Shown: positions 27,765-37,728, counted from the stretch's first letter. The stretch: 64,000 nucleotides of DNA from an uncultured virus (IMG/VR IMGVR_UViG_3300025832_000005) (IMGVR_UViG_3300025832_000005:62001-126000), one strand, 5' to 3'. The notes: a model not told the origin generated them from the letters alone. Numbers and translations: made by a program.

Positions 27765-28494
27765 TTCTAATATTACTGTTTACTTGCGGATCAATTACAC
27801 TTAGTTTACGACTAGTTGATTTTTCTGCCGCATGCAGTAATAATGCTCGTCTAATTTCATTGCTGTTATTAGGCATGGTACTGTGTAGTAGCCTCGGATG
27901 CCATGCTACAAAACTACCAGCATTTGCTGTGTACTGTTGATAATTATCAGCATAGAATGTATACCAACTTTTATCATCTTGTATGCTTCTTGGATCAAAT
28001 ATATAGTTGTGAGTTCCTGGAACGTACCCTGTTGCTCCATTGTGTTCATTAAAATCACACATCATTACCATAAACTGTAGACCTAATAATTCTTGATTAT
28101 ATCGAAATTCTGGAAATCTATAAGGTGTATCAATATGTGGACGATAAAAATTCATACCTGGATGTAATACAATAAAATCTTGCACATGCCATACCCAATT
28201 ATGTTCACCGAATGCTGCGTCTGCGTATTGTCCTAGTGTGTTTTTCATTTCATTGATTATTGGATGCTGAACTTGTTCAGTCCAGTAATATGCCCAGTCA
28301 ATGTCAGTCTTAGGGTTTTCCATGTCTTTTACTTGATTCCATCCAATCCATTTTTTATCTTTAGTGTGTCCTCGCTCAGGTCTTATTGTTTCAGCAAATT
28401 CATTAAGTTCGTTTATCTTGCCTATATCAAAAGCATCACGCTGAACTGTAAACCCGGTATGCTTCAAATCGTGTAAAAAAATGTCTCTGTTCAT
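27757..28494 (-). CDS. 2OG-Fe(II) dioxygenase, phytanoyl-CoA dioxygenase family
   Basis: PHID (HxD), NGATGYVPGTH, GS...WH..LLH..N...RRA. Confidence 0.85.
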   Translation of the reverse strand: MNRDIFLHDLKHTGFTVQRDAFDIGKINELNEFAETIRPERGHTKDKKWIGWNQVKDMENPKTDIDWAYYWTEQVQHPIINEMKNTLGQYADAAFGEHNWVWHVQDFIVLHPGMNFYRPHIDTPYRFPEFRYNQELLGLQFMVMMCDFNEHNGATGYVPGTHNYIFDPRSIQDDKSWYTFYADNYQQYTANAGSFVAWHPRLLHSTMPNNSNEIRRALLLHAAEKSTSRKLSVIDPQVNSNIRTT

Positions 28495-28495
28495 G

Positions 28496-29053
28496 TTAAT
28501 ATCCTAATTGTTCACATATTAAGTTAATATGTACTATGCACGCCATTGCGTAAGAATGGGCGTGACTTTTCTTAAAGTAGTATTCGTTACCAACTGGCTT
28601 AGTCCAGACTTCTTGTAGTATTCGTTGCCAGCTTTGATTTGCTAAATGCCGTTTAGCTGGACGTATAATTGCTAATGTTGCCGCTAGTTGCTCTAGTGTA
28701 GTAGGACGTAATTGTTTTAGTAATTTTTCATGTCCTGAAAGATGAAAAACTTTATCAACAAAGTCTGTATGCTCTAGTAATTGCCACACTGGCTCTTTAT
28801 TCATTAGTTGCTCCAGATGATCATTATCCCTTACATCTTTATATATGCTGACATTTAATACGTCTAGTTTAAAAAAGCCTTTGTCATCAGCCATTTTATG
28901 ATCAATTGTACAAAGCCCATTAACTGGATCTACTGGTACACGATGTGTATATACACCTGTATTATGTTTTTTGCTTTTTAATCTTGCTGGTACATGTTTT
29001 ACTAGTTTTAGTGCTAGTTTTCTGTCAGCAAAGTCTAAGTCAATATCTGGCAT
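28496..29053 (-). CDS. Minimal family-C DNA polymerase (DnaE palm-core) subunit
   Basis: MPDIDLDF, HNTGV, FKLDVL, LAIIRP, YFKKSHAHSYA, all within 185 aa. Confidence 0.85.
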   Translation of the reverse strand: MPDIDLDFADRKLALKLVKHVPARLKSKKHNTGVYTHRVPVDPVNGLCTIDHKMADDKGFFKLDVLNVSIYKDVRDNDHLEQLMNKEPVWQLLEHTDFVDKVFHLSGHEKLLKQLRPTTLEQLAATLAIIRPAKRHLANQSWQRILQEVWTKPVGNEYYFKKSHAHSYAMACIVHINLICEQLGY

Positions 29054-29056
29054 GCT

Positions 29057-29350
29057 TTACCCTAACCAAAATAACTGTACCATAGCGATACTATTCATTA
29101 CAACAAACCATATTGTTAGTACAATAGCAAATCCTGCTCGTCTAATCCATGTACTGATCACACCAAGTATACTGCCTACCAAATACATAGGAATAAAGAT
29201 CTTGGTTGCTGGATCTAATACTGTATATGTTAATACCGCACTAGCACCAATCAGCATTACGGCTTCAACTAGTTCGCAGTAAAACGCAAACGGCGAAAAC
29301 TTATAACTATCTTTAAAAAACTCTATTACGTTATTATACATCTTACGCAT
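29057..29350 (-). CDS. Small membrane protein
   Basis: Three hydrophobic helices. Confidence 0.65.
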   Translation of the reverse strand: MRKMYNNVIEFFKDSYKFSPFAFYCELVEAVMLIGASAVLTYTVLDPATKIFIPMYLVGSILGVISTWIRRAGFAIVLTIWFVVMNSIAMVQLFWLG

Positions 29351-29996
29351 TACTATCTCCGTCTATTATTGTTTTAACCCACTGTACATCTTGTGGTTGT
29401 TGTTGTGTTTTTCTACCCCAATGAGTAGCATCAATACTATTTGCTACACGATTGAAACATTCTTCATTCATATTGTTTAGTGCTGATTGAGCTCGTTTAC
29501 TACAAATAATAATCCAGGGGGATATTTTTCCACTCTCTGCCCAATCTGCGATAACATAACCACCAGCACTTTCCCAGAACGTATCAAAGTAAGACGTCTT
29601 ACTTGCGTGTTCTACAAATCTTTCTAATGCTCTATCAACTGTTTCTTTTTTTAGATGTTCTCTAATGAACAGCATATACATTCTATCAGTTGCCCAGTCT
29701 TTGAGCTTTGCTTGCTTACGTACTAACCAACGTGTGTATGCTTCTGCGTCAATAACATTGGTATTAATACAATAACTACCAAACTTTACAAACGCACTAA
29801 AGTACTGACTATCAACAAACTGTGTATACTCTCTTGGCTTGCCTTGCATACCCAAACGATAAAACAAATCAAATGCCAAGAATCCTGCTATAGTTTCAGG
29901 AAACTCTTTTTGTAACCATCTTCTTTTCTTTTCACAGATGTGTGACATAAGTGTGCTTTCACGCTTAAAAACCTTGCCACAATACTCGCACTTCAT
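29343..29996 (-). CDS. Hypothetical protein with an N-terminal C2HC zinc finger
   Basis: CEYCGKVF...HIC. Confidence 0.7.
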   Translation of the reverse strand: MKCEYCGKVFKRESTLMSHICEKKRRWLQKEFPETIAGFLAFDLFYRLGMQGKPREYTQFVDSQYFSAFVKFGSYCINTNVIDAEAYTRWLVRKQAKLKDWATDRMYMLFIREHLKKETVDRALERFVEHASKTSYFDTFWESAGGYVIADWAESGKISPWIIICSKRAQSALNNMNEECFNRVANSIDATHWGRKTQQQPQDVQWVKTIIDGDSNA

Positions 29997-30457
29997 TTTT
30001 TCAACAACTCTTTAATCTCTTTTGGTTTCATACCTTGTTGTTCCATCATATCACGAAACTCTTTCTTGTCACCTGTTAGTGCTAAAATTACAAGTTCATC
30101 ATCATTACATTCTGGATACTGTGTTACTAACCATTCAGCTAGTTTATTCTTTTTACCTTTTTTACCAGGCGGCATCCAATCATGTTTTTGTGCTTTTCCT
30201 ACACCAGCAATTTGTAAAGACTGTAGTTGTAGTTCTGGATGTTTAGCTAGTAGATTAAAGTTTACATTTGAATAGTCATTAACTAGAATTAGGTACTGTG
30301 CTGCGTTACCGCCCTGTACACTACTTGCCCAACGCTGTTGTATCCATAATTGTTTGTCGTACTTTACACGTTCTTCATCATCAAGTGTTTTATACCAATT
30401 ACGATTTTTAGTATCGATTGCTCGCATTTCGTTAGCAATGCTAAGTTTACCTACCAT
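29993..30457 (-). CDS. Possible clamp-loader small subunit (gp62-like)
   Basis: Size and pattern (QRWAS..VN..N..HPELQ..KHDW..KK..Y) resemble gp62; replication context. Confidence 0.45.
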   Translation of the reverse strand: MVGKLSIANEMRAIDTKNRNWYKTLDDEERVKYDKQLWIQQRWASSVQGGNAAQYLILVNDYSNVNFNLLAKHPELQLQSLQIAGVGKAQKHDWMPPGKKGKKNKLAEWLVTQYPECNDDELVILALTGDKKEFRDMMEQQGMKPKEIKELLKK

Positions 30458-30660
30458 ATTCCAAGTGTCCTTCCATTACCAGCTATTATAGCACAACATG
30501 TTAAAATATGCAAGACAATCCAGAACGTTCTGAACCATAATGCTTTAATAACATCGTTGTGTCGTAAAGGCAAAAACTCTGGCTTATCGTCGTCATTAAG
30601 TCCAGCTGGCATGCCAACTGTTCTACTCCAAACTTTAAGCCATCGTCTTTGCCCACTCAT
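30451..30660 (-). CDS. Small hypothetical membrane protein
   Basis: 69-aa coupled ORF. Confidence 0.55.
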   Translation of the reverse strand: MSGQRRWLKVWSRTVGMPAGLNDDDKPEFLPLRHNDVIKALWFRTFWIVLHILTCCAIIAGNGRTLGIW

Positions 30661-30836
30661 TACATGGAGTTCTTACGTTCTTGGATTTCAGCACGACGAG
30701 TTTTAGTTAGTTTACCTAGCTCACCTAGTGCTTTACGAGCTCTACCAGCAGCCGCTTTAGTGCTTTTGCCTTCCCATAGTTCATGCTCTTTAGTATATGT
30801 TTCGTATGCTTCTACGATTTGTTCGTGTAATGTCAT
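30660..30836 (-). CDS. Histone H1-like (Hc1-family) small DNA-binding protein
   Basis: KSTKAAAGRARKALGELGKLTKTRRAEIQ; SD AAGGAG before ATG 30836. Confidence 0.7.
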   Translation of the reverse strand: MTLHEQIVEAYETYTKEHELWEGKSTKAAAGRARKALGELGKLTKTRRAEIQERKNSM

Positions 30837-30853
30837 TAAATTCTCCTTTGATA

Positions 30854-31354
30854 TTACCATAAATCATCAGTACTCAGTACATCAGGTATTTTATTTGTTT
30901 CTTTTACAAAGTAAACACACAGTGGTTTTACTGTGTCTTCAAGTGGTACTGCTAGTATATGTCCATACTTTAATTTAGGAAAATACCATTTCATATCTTG
31001 ATAAATGTTTACTATTTCTACTTCGTTAAACTCAGGCATAAATCCACTAATTGGATTAATCGAAAATGCCTTAAATCCACGATCATTTAAACTTGTAATA
31101 GGCAATACTTCTGGATCGCCTACCATTGGATCACATACAATTATATGCCAGTCTAGTGGTACACTAACTGTATGTTTTCCTATTTTTAACACCGCGGCAG
31201 GAGAACTAAAACTTTCCAAAAATACTAATGGTACAAATATATAATCTGCGTTATCCTTGTCGCTGTAATCTAATACACAATAACGTATATCTTCTATTTC
31301 TTCTGGAACAAAGTCTAAGTCATAACTTTGATTCTCTACTGTTAATACTTTCAT
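30854..31354 (-). CDS. Hypothetical protein
   Basis: 166 aa, coupled to the helicase gene. Confidence 0.7.
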   Translation of the reverse strand: MKVLTVENQSYDLDFVPEEIEDIRYCVLDYSDKDNADYIFVPLVFLESFSSPAAVLKIGKHTVSVPLDWHIIVCDPMVGDPEVLPITSLNDRGFKAFSINPISGFMPEFNEVEIVNIYQDMKWYFPKLKYGHILAVPLEDTVKPLCVYFVKETNKIPDVLSTDDLW

Positions 31355-32805
31355 TTATAATTTACTTTCTCTACCCTAAACGGATAATTTGCTTCCTTGT
31401 AGAACTTTTTACGTTCTGTTAAGTGGCGTTTACTAAACTTAGCACTACTGGTAATGTCCCAAATTTGTACACTGTCTTTATCTTGTGCTTTACGTATTCC
31501 ACGTCCAATACTTTGAATTACTCTTACAAAGGACTTGCCAGGCTCCAAGAGAACCAAGTTAAAAATACGAGGAATGTTAATACCCACGGCAGCCACTCCA
31601 TAGGTTGCGATGATAACTTTATTATTTGCTTCACTAACTTCATCATATTCTTCTTTCCTGTCTTTTGATTTCATACTACCACTAATAAACACAGCATCTT
31701 CACCTAGGCGTTCAATTAGTCCTTCGCCTGCTTTAATTCTATCTACCAATACAAGTGTATTACCTGTTTCAGCCATATTAGTAATAAGGTCTCCTAAGTA
31801 GTCTAAACGATTTTTATCAGTTGTCAAGTATGTTAGTTCACTCTGATAGTTGCCAAAGCTCACACTGTCTTGCATTTGTAGTATGTTAACGTCACACTGC
31901 GCAAGTACACCTTGGTCTTGTAGTTCACTTGCAGCTAACTGATGCACAACTTCGCCCAAACTTACTTCCAAGCTCAAACGCTCATAATCTGCTTTGGGTA
32001 TTGTACCAGTTAACCCCCAACGGATAGGTACATTACGGAACGGACCTGTTAGTAGTTTTTTAAGTACGTCAGCTTTTGCTTGGTGTACTTCGTCTACCAT
32101 AATACATACTAGACCTTCAGAAAATTCATCCAGTCCCCAATCTTGTTCTCCATCACGGAAACGTTTCTCCATGATGTTTAAACTTTGCCATGTACAAATG
32201 GTGTGTGTCTTACCAAAGTCTTTGCGGTCACCAAAGTACACACCTACATCTAAACCTAAGTTGATGTAATCTAATTCTGTCTGTGTTACCAAATCTTTGT
32301 TTGGCACAATAACAATACTGCGTCCATAAGGCTCAATTAGATTACTAAGAGCCGCTGTCATTAATGTCTTACCAGCGCCTGTAGCAATCTCTTGAATACT
32401 TTGTGTATTATTAATAAACTTATTGATAATACCTACTTGATAGTCACGTAGTATAACAGGTTGTCCTGCCGCTGGATGTTTATCAGGCCATGCTCGGTCA
32501 GCAAAATGTTCTTCAGTTATTTCTGAAAACTTTAAATCCCAAGTATTGCGATTGTCTTCTATATCAAATTCGTATCGTTGTTCTTGTAGTATTGGAATGA
32601 TATGACTAAGCGCATTAACAAATGTATTACCGCCCATAGTAAAGTAACCAACACATCCATCCCAACGTCCTAGTTTATAAGCAGGAACATGTCTGGCGTA
32701 TGGTAACATAAACTTTAATTTCTGTTCACATTTACGACGAGTTTGTAAGTCGAGGCCTTCAACTTTACAGTTAACCTCGTCTTTAAGGATAATTTTACAT
32801 TTCAT
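31351..32805 (-). CDS. uvsW: SF2 DNA helicase, UvsW-like
   Basis: LRDYQ, ATGAGKT, DEVH, GLTGT, GINIP, QSIGRGIR. Confidence 0.9.
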   Translation of the reverse strand: MKCKIILKDEVNCKVEGLDLQTRRKCEQKLKFMLPYARHVPAYKLGRWDGCVGYFTMGGNTFVNALSHIIPILQEQRYEFDIEDNRNTWDLKFSEITEEHFADRAWPDKHPAAGQPVILRDYQVGIINKFINNTQSIQEIATGAGKTLMTAALSNLIEPYGRSIVIVPNKDLVTQTELDYINLGLDVGVYFGDRKDFGKTHTICTWQSLNIMEKRFRDGEQDWGLDEFSEGLVCIMVDEVHQAKADVLKKLLTGPFRNVPIRWGLTGTIPKADYERLSLEVSLGEVVHQLAASELQDQGVLAQCDVNILQMQDSVSFGNYQSELTYLTTDKNRLDYLGDLITNMAETGNTLVLVDRIKAGEGLIERLGEDAVFISGSMKSKDRKEEYDEVSEANNKVIIATYGVAAVGINIPRIFNLVLLEPGKSFVRVIQSIGRGIRKAQDKDSVQIWDITSSAKFSKRHLTERKKFYKEANYPFRVEKVNYK

Positions 32806-32860
32806 ATTTAATATACTACACTACTTGTTGGGGGTTGTCAATAATACTTATAATAAAGAA

Positions 32861-32886
32861 GGCTCGGTAAGATGTCTTACCGAGCC
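32861..32886. terminator. Hairpin, probable terminator
   Basis: ggctcggtaaga tg tcttaccgagcc inverted repeat; T-rich run follows on the minus strand. Confidence 0.55.
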
Positions 32887-32952
32887 CCAGTTTGTGCAAT
32901 AGCGTTGAGTGAGAGTGACGCAGACAGAGGAGGTCTACTATTGCACTGTCTA

Positions 32953-33963
32953 TTAGGAATTACGGCGCATACAAGTCATTTCTACGTACCGCTTCCATTT
33001 ATCGCCGTTCATCTTCTTGAGATCGGCAATCTTGAGTACCATACGCAAGCTCATTTCACGTAGCTTGAGTCGGTTAGTGTGTATATAATCCAGTAGATCT
33101 GATTGATCAGACTCACTAAAGTTATATTCGGTTAACATACCGTCACTGACGATCTGCTTACAACGCAACCACTTTTCGTGCATTGTATCCAGTGTAAGGT
33201 CCAAATAGTGACACCGTGACATAATAGCGTCTAGGTGATCTTTAATCTTACCACGTGTCTTTTCAAACTTGAGGTTAGTAATAAAGATAATCGAACCTTT
33301 AAACTCGAATTTGTCTGGAATGCCTTCGTTGTGAAGCACACGGCTTTCACTACGCCAGCTCAGGAACCGCTTTGGGCTACTGTCTAGTGCCGCTTTAAGC
33401 AAGTTAAGTGATGTCTCATCGTACAATACACTATCACAGTCATCTAGTACAAGCACACTGCCTTCGTTGGCATATTCAAATAGTAGCTTGTACAAACCAA
33501 TGGCACTTGCGGCACCTTTTTCCATTCCATATTTGCGTCCAGTACCTGTGGTACCCCCGCCCATTTTATTCATCATTTCCGCTTCATTCATTACCTTCTC
33601 TACACCGTAGGATTTACCTACACCTGGAGGACCAGTAACAACCATACCACGGACAACACCATCACATGATGCGTATGTCATATCTTCTAATACTTGAAAA
33701 CGTTCACGCAGACGTTCAATTATCTCTGCGTCTGTTTCAGTTTTTTCTGGCGTTTGTACTTCACCATTTGTCATTAATGAAAAGCAAGTTGTTCCTTTTA
33801 CATTAATACGGACATTGCGATCTGGCATATCATTATGCTCTTTGCCACATACTGTAATATAAGGGCCGGTTGCTCCGTCCTTAAATTCTTTAGTCATCTT
33901 AAAGACTTTGTCAGTTACTGGCATATTGCGGTATGTTCCGTTATGTACTATTACTTGTTGCAT
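32953..33963 (-). CDS. P-loop/AAA+ ATPase
   Basis: GPPGVGKS, LVLDDCD, LLKAALD, IFITN, SR; start after SD GGAG. Confidence 0.8.
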   Translation of the reverse strand: MQQVIVHNGTYRNMPVTDKVFKMTKEFKDGATGPYITVCGKEHNDMPDRNVRINVKGTTCFSLMTNGEVQTPEKTETDAEIIERLRERFQVLEDMTYASCDGVVRGMVVTGPPGVGKSYGVEKVMNEAEMMNKMGGGTTGTGRKYGMEKGAASAIGLYKLLFEYANEGSVLVLDDCDSVLYDETSLNLLKAALDSSPKRFLSWRSESRVLHNEGIPDKFEFKGSIIFITNLKFEKTRGKIKDHLDAIMSRCHYLDLTLDTMHEKWLRCKQIVSDGMLTEYNFSESDQSDLLDYIHTNRLKLREMSLRMVLKIADLKKMNGDKWKRYVEMTCMRRNS

Positions 33964-34023
33964 CTGTTTCTCACTCCATTTGCTCTGTTTATACATTCAT
34001 AATAACATCAAGTATTCGATAAG

Positions 34024-34719
34024 TCAAGCACTTTCTTCTACTCTTACGTAATTAATTACAGTTTCTTTACACTGACTAAACTTGCTGACGTCATGTTGCT
34101 TTACTTTACCAGTAAGAATAACGTTACGCCCTTCAAGCAATCCTGCGATATCAGGTTCTTTACTAAAGAAGAACTTCACAATGTTGTCATCTTTATCAAC
34201 ACAAGTTACCAAGTGAATTCCATATTTGGCGATAAACTTTACATCACGAACATATACACCAAAACGTAGACGTTCGCCACGTTTACCAATAAACTCACTT
34301 TTGTCACGTAGTTCGTCAAACCAAGTGTCTAGGTCATCACGCTTTTTACTAATACGTAAACTGTTGGGTAAACTAGCAATAACACTGATGCCAAAACTAT
34401 TGGTTTCGTTATTGCCTATTGACTTAATAACACCGTCTTCAAAACTATTAAGTGTACCCATGAGCTTCTTTGCTACTAGTGTACCTTTAAAATATTCACG
34501 TATTTCAACAGCACGTTCTTTTTGCTGATCAGTAATTTCTGGCATATCAACTGTGCCATTCATATACTGAAAGATCGCAGTTTTATTATCTTTAGTTTCT
34601 TCTCCACGATCACTGTCGTAAAATCCAAACCCACTTTTAATAAACCCTTGCTGATCATCAACATATACAGACAATTGCAAGGCTTGATCCACATTGTAAA
34701 CTGTTTCTGACTTTTTCAT
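34024..34719 (-). CDS. Hypothetical protein with a possible C-terminal OB fold
   Basis: SEFIG..GER...G.VK.H.....ETVINYV. Confidence 0.65.
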   Translation of the reverse strand: MKKSETVYNVDQALQLSVYVDDQQGFIKSGFGFYDSDRGEETKDNKTAIFQYMNGTVDMPEITDQQKERAVEIREYFKGTLVAKKLMGTLNSFEDGVIKSIGNNETNSFGISVIASLPNSLRISKKRDDLDTWFDELRDKSEFIGKRGERLRFGVYVRDVKFIAKYGIHLVTCVDKDDNIVKFFFSKEPDIAGLLEGRNVILTGKVKQHDVSKFSQCKETVINYVRVEESA

Positions 34720-34925
34720 ACTGATAACTTTCCACCAAATTTACGGATACGTTCGTTAGCTTCTTCTTGCTTCCACTCAGCTACTTTATCCCAAGCACGA
34801 CAGCTAGCCCAGTTGCCACTGTTTGACATTTTTGCGATCATACGGTGAGCTTCTTTCATTGTCAATCCAGACTGATAAAAGTAATCTTTTTTCTCACCGA
34901 AATTTCTTGCTTCAATTGCCCACAT
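34716..34925 (-). CDS. Hypothetical early protein
   Basis: 69-aa ORF. Confidence 0.55.
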   Translation of the reverse strand: MWAIEARNFGEKKDYFYQSGLTMKEAHRMIAKMSNSGNWASCRAWDKVAEWKQEEANERIRKFGGKLSV

Positions 34926-34929
34926 CTGA

Positions 34930-35214
34930 TTAGGCTCCTATGCTTAGTGGTGTTAACATTGATGCTGTAACTTTCCACTGTGTAGACGAGTTGTTATCAA
35001 GTACAACTACAGTCTTTTGATTAACTTTGGTAACACGCCCTGTTACTGTAGCATTACGGCGTCCTGTAAATGATACAATGTCACCTACCATAAACGAACG
35101 TGATGCTTGACGAGCAAGGAATGTTTGACGCAATTTAACTGCTGCAATAATCTGATTTAGTTCATCACGATCACTGTTTTGGATTGCTTGGATTGCTGTG
35201 TTTAACATTACCAT
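34930..35214 (-). CDS. Small SH3/KOW-like early protein
   Basis: F.VGDIVSF..GRVTKVNQKTVVV..WKV..SML. Confidence 0.65.
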   Translation of the reverse strand: MVMLNTAIQAIQNSDRDELNQIIAAVKLRQTFLARQASRSFMVGDIVSFTGRRNATVTGRVTKVNQKTVVVLDNNSSTQWKVTASMLTPLSIGA

Positions 35215-35246
35215 TGTGTTATTCCTTTTGCTTTGTTTATACTAAT

Positions 35247-35275
35247 ACTATACAGTAAGACGTCTTGGTTGTCAA
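35247..35275 (-). promoter_or_regulatory. Sigma70-type early promoter
   Basis: TTGACA-accaagacgtcttactg (17 nt)-TATAGT. Confidence 0.85.
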
Positions 35276-35658
35276 CCTACGATTTTAATATCTACGCTTT
35301 CACTGTAGTATCCGTTGCTTTCACCGTACCAGCGAATATCTACTGAGCCTTTTATAGTTCTAAAACGGTAGTAGGTCCAAGTTTCGCTTTCACTGTATTC
35401 TTTGCTTTCGCCGTCGTAGTTGCTTACTTCTTCAACCAACAGCAGTGGAGTTCCAACAAGATCATCTAAGTCGCCTACAATGTCTTCGATGTATACGCTT
35501 TCACAGCAGTCCTGCATATGATACATACGCACATAGTGATCTTCAGTCAAGTGGAAGCGAAGTTCGTAGTCATCAAGTTTTAATACTTTGCAAAGAATTC
35601 GTCCCTGCAAATCTTCAAACGATTTTACTGGATCTACTACTGTTTTAACCATTGCCAT
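35272..35658 (-). CDS. Conserved-type phage hypothetical protein
   Basis: YHMQDCCESV..TWT.Y..T.KG...RWYGESNGYYSE motif. Confidence 0.75.
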   Translation of the reverse strand: MAMVKTVVDPVKSFEDLQGRILCKVLKLDDYELRFHLTEDHYVRMYHMQDCCESVYIEDIVGDLDDLVGTPLLLVEEVSNYDGESKEYSESETWTYYRFRTIKGSVDIRWYGESNGYYSESVDIKIVG

Positions 35659-35693
35659 TTTGTATTCCTTGCTTTTGTTTAACTTATACTAAT

Positions 35694-35722
35694 GTTCTAG
35701 CAGTTCTAGATCAGGAAGTCAA
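35694..35722 (-). promoter_or_regulatory. Early promoter with a non-canonical -10 box
   Basis: TTGACT-tcctgatctagaactgc (17 nt)-TAGAAC. Confidence 0.65.
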
Positions 35723-35782
35723 CAAAAAACAGAACAAAGGTTTCCAGTGTTTTCAATAGGTTATAAAATAGTTTGAATTAAT

Positions 35783-35998
35783 TTAAGAAACTTTTCCGTA
35801 TTCTTGGATAGTTTCTCTGGTTAGAATGCCATCTATCCAATTACTTGCCGCATCTTTGACATAATTAATATGTTTATTTGGATATTCAATACCGCCTACC
35901 CATTTATCATTTTCATAATATGCTACACTAAAGACTTCGTCTTGTAGCATAATTACGCTGAGTTTTTCTTCTTTGGTATATGAGTCGATAATTTTCAT
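35783..35998 (-). CDS. Hypothetical protein
   Basis: 71-aa ORF with SD. Confidence 0.55.
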   Translation of the reverse strand: MKIIDSYTKEEKLSVIMLQDEVFSVAYYENDKWVGGIEYPNKHINYVKDAASNWIDGILTRETIQEYGKVS

Positions 35999-36000
35999 TG

Positions 36001-36822
36001 TTATTCCTCTTTGGTTAAGCTAGTACGACAAACTGTTGGATATTTAGAAAAAGTTTCGTAAAGAGTTGTAGGCGAGTCTTGTGGCTCACCAATTAATAAT
36101 ACTTCACTAGTAAGAAGTTTTGTATACGATTCTTTATCATAACCTAACTTAATTAGTTCATCTTCATATTCTTCAAATATATTCTGTTGATGATGGAATA
36201 GATTTTTAAATATTGTTGGAGCAGTGGAATTTTTGTTTTGAGTTAAGTTTAAGTTTAAGTAAAAATTTGACGGTATTTCTAAAACTCTATTGTTAACAGT
36301 ATCAAAATCTTCCTCAATAGCTAATTCATTATTTTCTTGTGTATAATCAATTTGACTATGTATATAACTATTGCTAATATTATTGTGATTATAGATGTTA
36401 TCCATAAACAATACTAATGCTCCCCAACTTGTGCTGTTTCTTTTTCCAAATCCATAATCCATTAACTCACTATTGGGTAATGATATTATGTCTTCGTCAG
36501 GCAATAGCGAGATATGCTGTAATAGCATATCCATATCCAAATAATCTTTATTAAAATGGAATGGCTTATGCCGTGTGTTGATCATCTTAAGGTGTGGTTT
36601 TCTGATAATCTTTTCCCATTGTTCAACTAATTTAACAACTAATGGATTTTCCATATTCAGTTTCCAGGAAAGTGACGCTTTTTCCACTTCTGGATTCTGT
36701 TTGTATAGATTATAAGATTTACGATATTCAGGTTGTTCATGTTCTGACTGTACAATCCATTCACCATTGTTATCTATTTCATCAGTCAATCCAATAGTAA
36801 AGATTAAAGTCTTAGCTGTCAT
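36001..36822 (-). CDS. Hypothetical protein (very AT-rich)
   Basis: 273-aa coupled ORF. Confidence 0.6.
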   Translation of the reverse strand: MTAKTLIFTIGLTDEIDNNGEWIVQSEHEQPEYRKSYNLYKQNPEVEKASLSWKLNMENPLVVKLVEQWEKIIRKPHLKMINTRHKPFHFNKDYLDMDMLLQHISLLPDEDIISLPNSELMDYGFGKRNSTSWGALVLFMDNIYNHNNISNSYIHSQIDYTQENNELAIEEDFDTVNNRVLEIPSNFYLNLNLTQNKNSTAPTIFKNLFHHQQNIFEEYEDELIKLGYDKESYTKLLTSEVLLIGEPQDSPTTLYETFSKYPTVCRTSLTKEE

Positions 36823-37055
36823 TATTTTTTCCTGTTAACTGTCTTAAAAAAGCCTTCATGGCTTTGAAATGATGCTATCAGTTCTTCCCATTGTTGTGGT
36901 GATATTGCTATAGCATGTGGTATTTTTTTATCATCTTCAAATTGTCTAATATAGACAATGTCATCAAAACTATTAATAATAAGGTCAGAGTAATTACCGT
37001 GATCGTCCATGATTGTGATCGTAATCTCATCATGATCCATTTCTACGCTATACAT
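36822..37055 (-). CDS. Hypothetical protein
   Basis: 77-aa ORF. Confidence 0.6.
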   Translation of the reverse strand: MYSVEMDHDEITITIMDDHGNYSDLIINSFDDIVYIRQFEDDKKIPHAIAISPQQWEELIASFQSHEGFFKTVNRKK

Positions 37056-37103
37056 CTGACCTTATACTCCTGTCCACTGTGTTCTTATTTAAGGGATTCA
37101 GGT

Positions 37104-37307
37104 TCATTCAGAAAAGTGAGTGTTTAGCATTTCAATACGATCAGTTGCTGATGCCATTTTATCAAGTTCTTCTTGAATAGCTTCAACAATATCGCTGTGT
37201 TCACCAATACCAACTGCGTGGTTCATGTATACCAAGATGTTTGTTTTGGCACGTTCTAGTTCACCCTCGGCGTGCATACGTGCTGCTTTTACTAATTGTT
37301 CTTTCAT
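37104..37307 (-). CDS. Hypothetical protein
   Basis: N..VY....VGIGEHSDI motif; start reassigned to 37307. Confidence 0.65.
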   Translation of the reverse strand: MKEQLVKAARMHAEGELERAKTNILVYMNHAVGIGEHSDIVEAIQEELDKMASATDRIEMLNTHFSE

Positions 37308-37311
37308 TTTA

Positions 37312-37629
37312 TTATCCTTCTGAATCCTTAGTTGATAGACAACCAAGTACAATAGTAACAACTGATCCAATAAATGGAATCAATGTTGCGGCGGTCCACC
37401 ATGGATTTAATCCACAATTACGGCATCGTTTAGCTGTTACTGCTAGCATAACCCACAGTAAGGAAATCAGTGCCACCATACTAATTAAAAGTACCATTGC
37501 GCTACCACTTTCAACAAACGGAGTTACTATAATTACCGCAAGAAACGTAATTACTATTGTACCCCAATATTGACTTCTAGGTGCGGAACCATTAAAACTA
37601 AAGTTTCTTTTAAAATCTTCTGTTAACAT
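37312..37629 (-). CDS. DUF805-like membrane protein
   Basis: FSFNG.A.RSQYW..AV.AKR....G..W...IPFIG. Confidence 0.75.
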   Translation of the reverse strand: MLTEDFKRNFSFNGSAPRSQYWGTIVITFLAVIIVTPFVESGSAMVLLISMVALISLLWVMLAVTAKRCRNCGLNPWWTAATLIPFIGSVVTIVLGCLSTKDSEG

Positions 37630-37648
37630 ATTTTTTCTTTCTATTATT

Positions 37649-37723
37649 TGGCTGGGTCGATAGGACTCGAACCTATACTCTACGCTACCAAAAAGCGGTG
37701 CATTACCATTATGCTACGACCCA
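37649..37723 (-). tRNA. tRNA-Gln(TTG)
   Basis: Cloverleaf, anticodon loop TT-TTG-GT, GTTCGA T-loop, encoded CCA. Confidence 0.9.
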
Positions 37724-37728
37724 TTACT

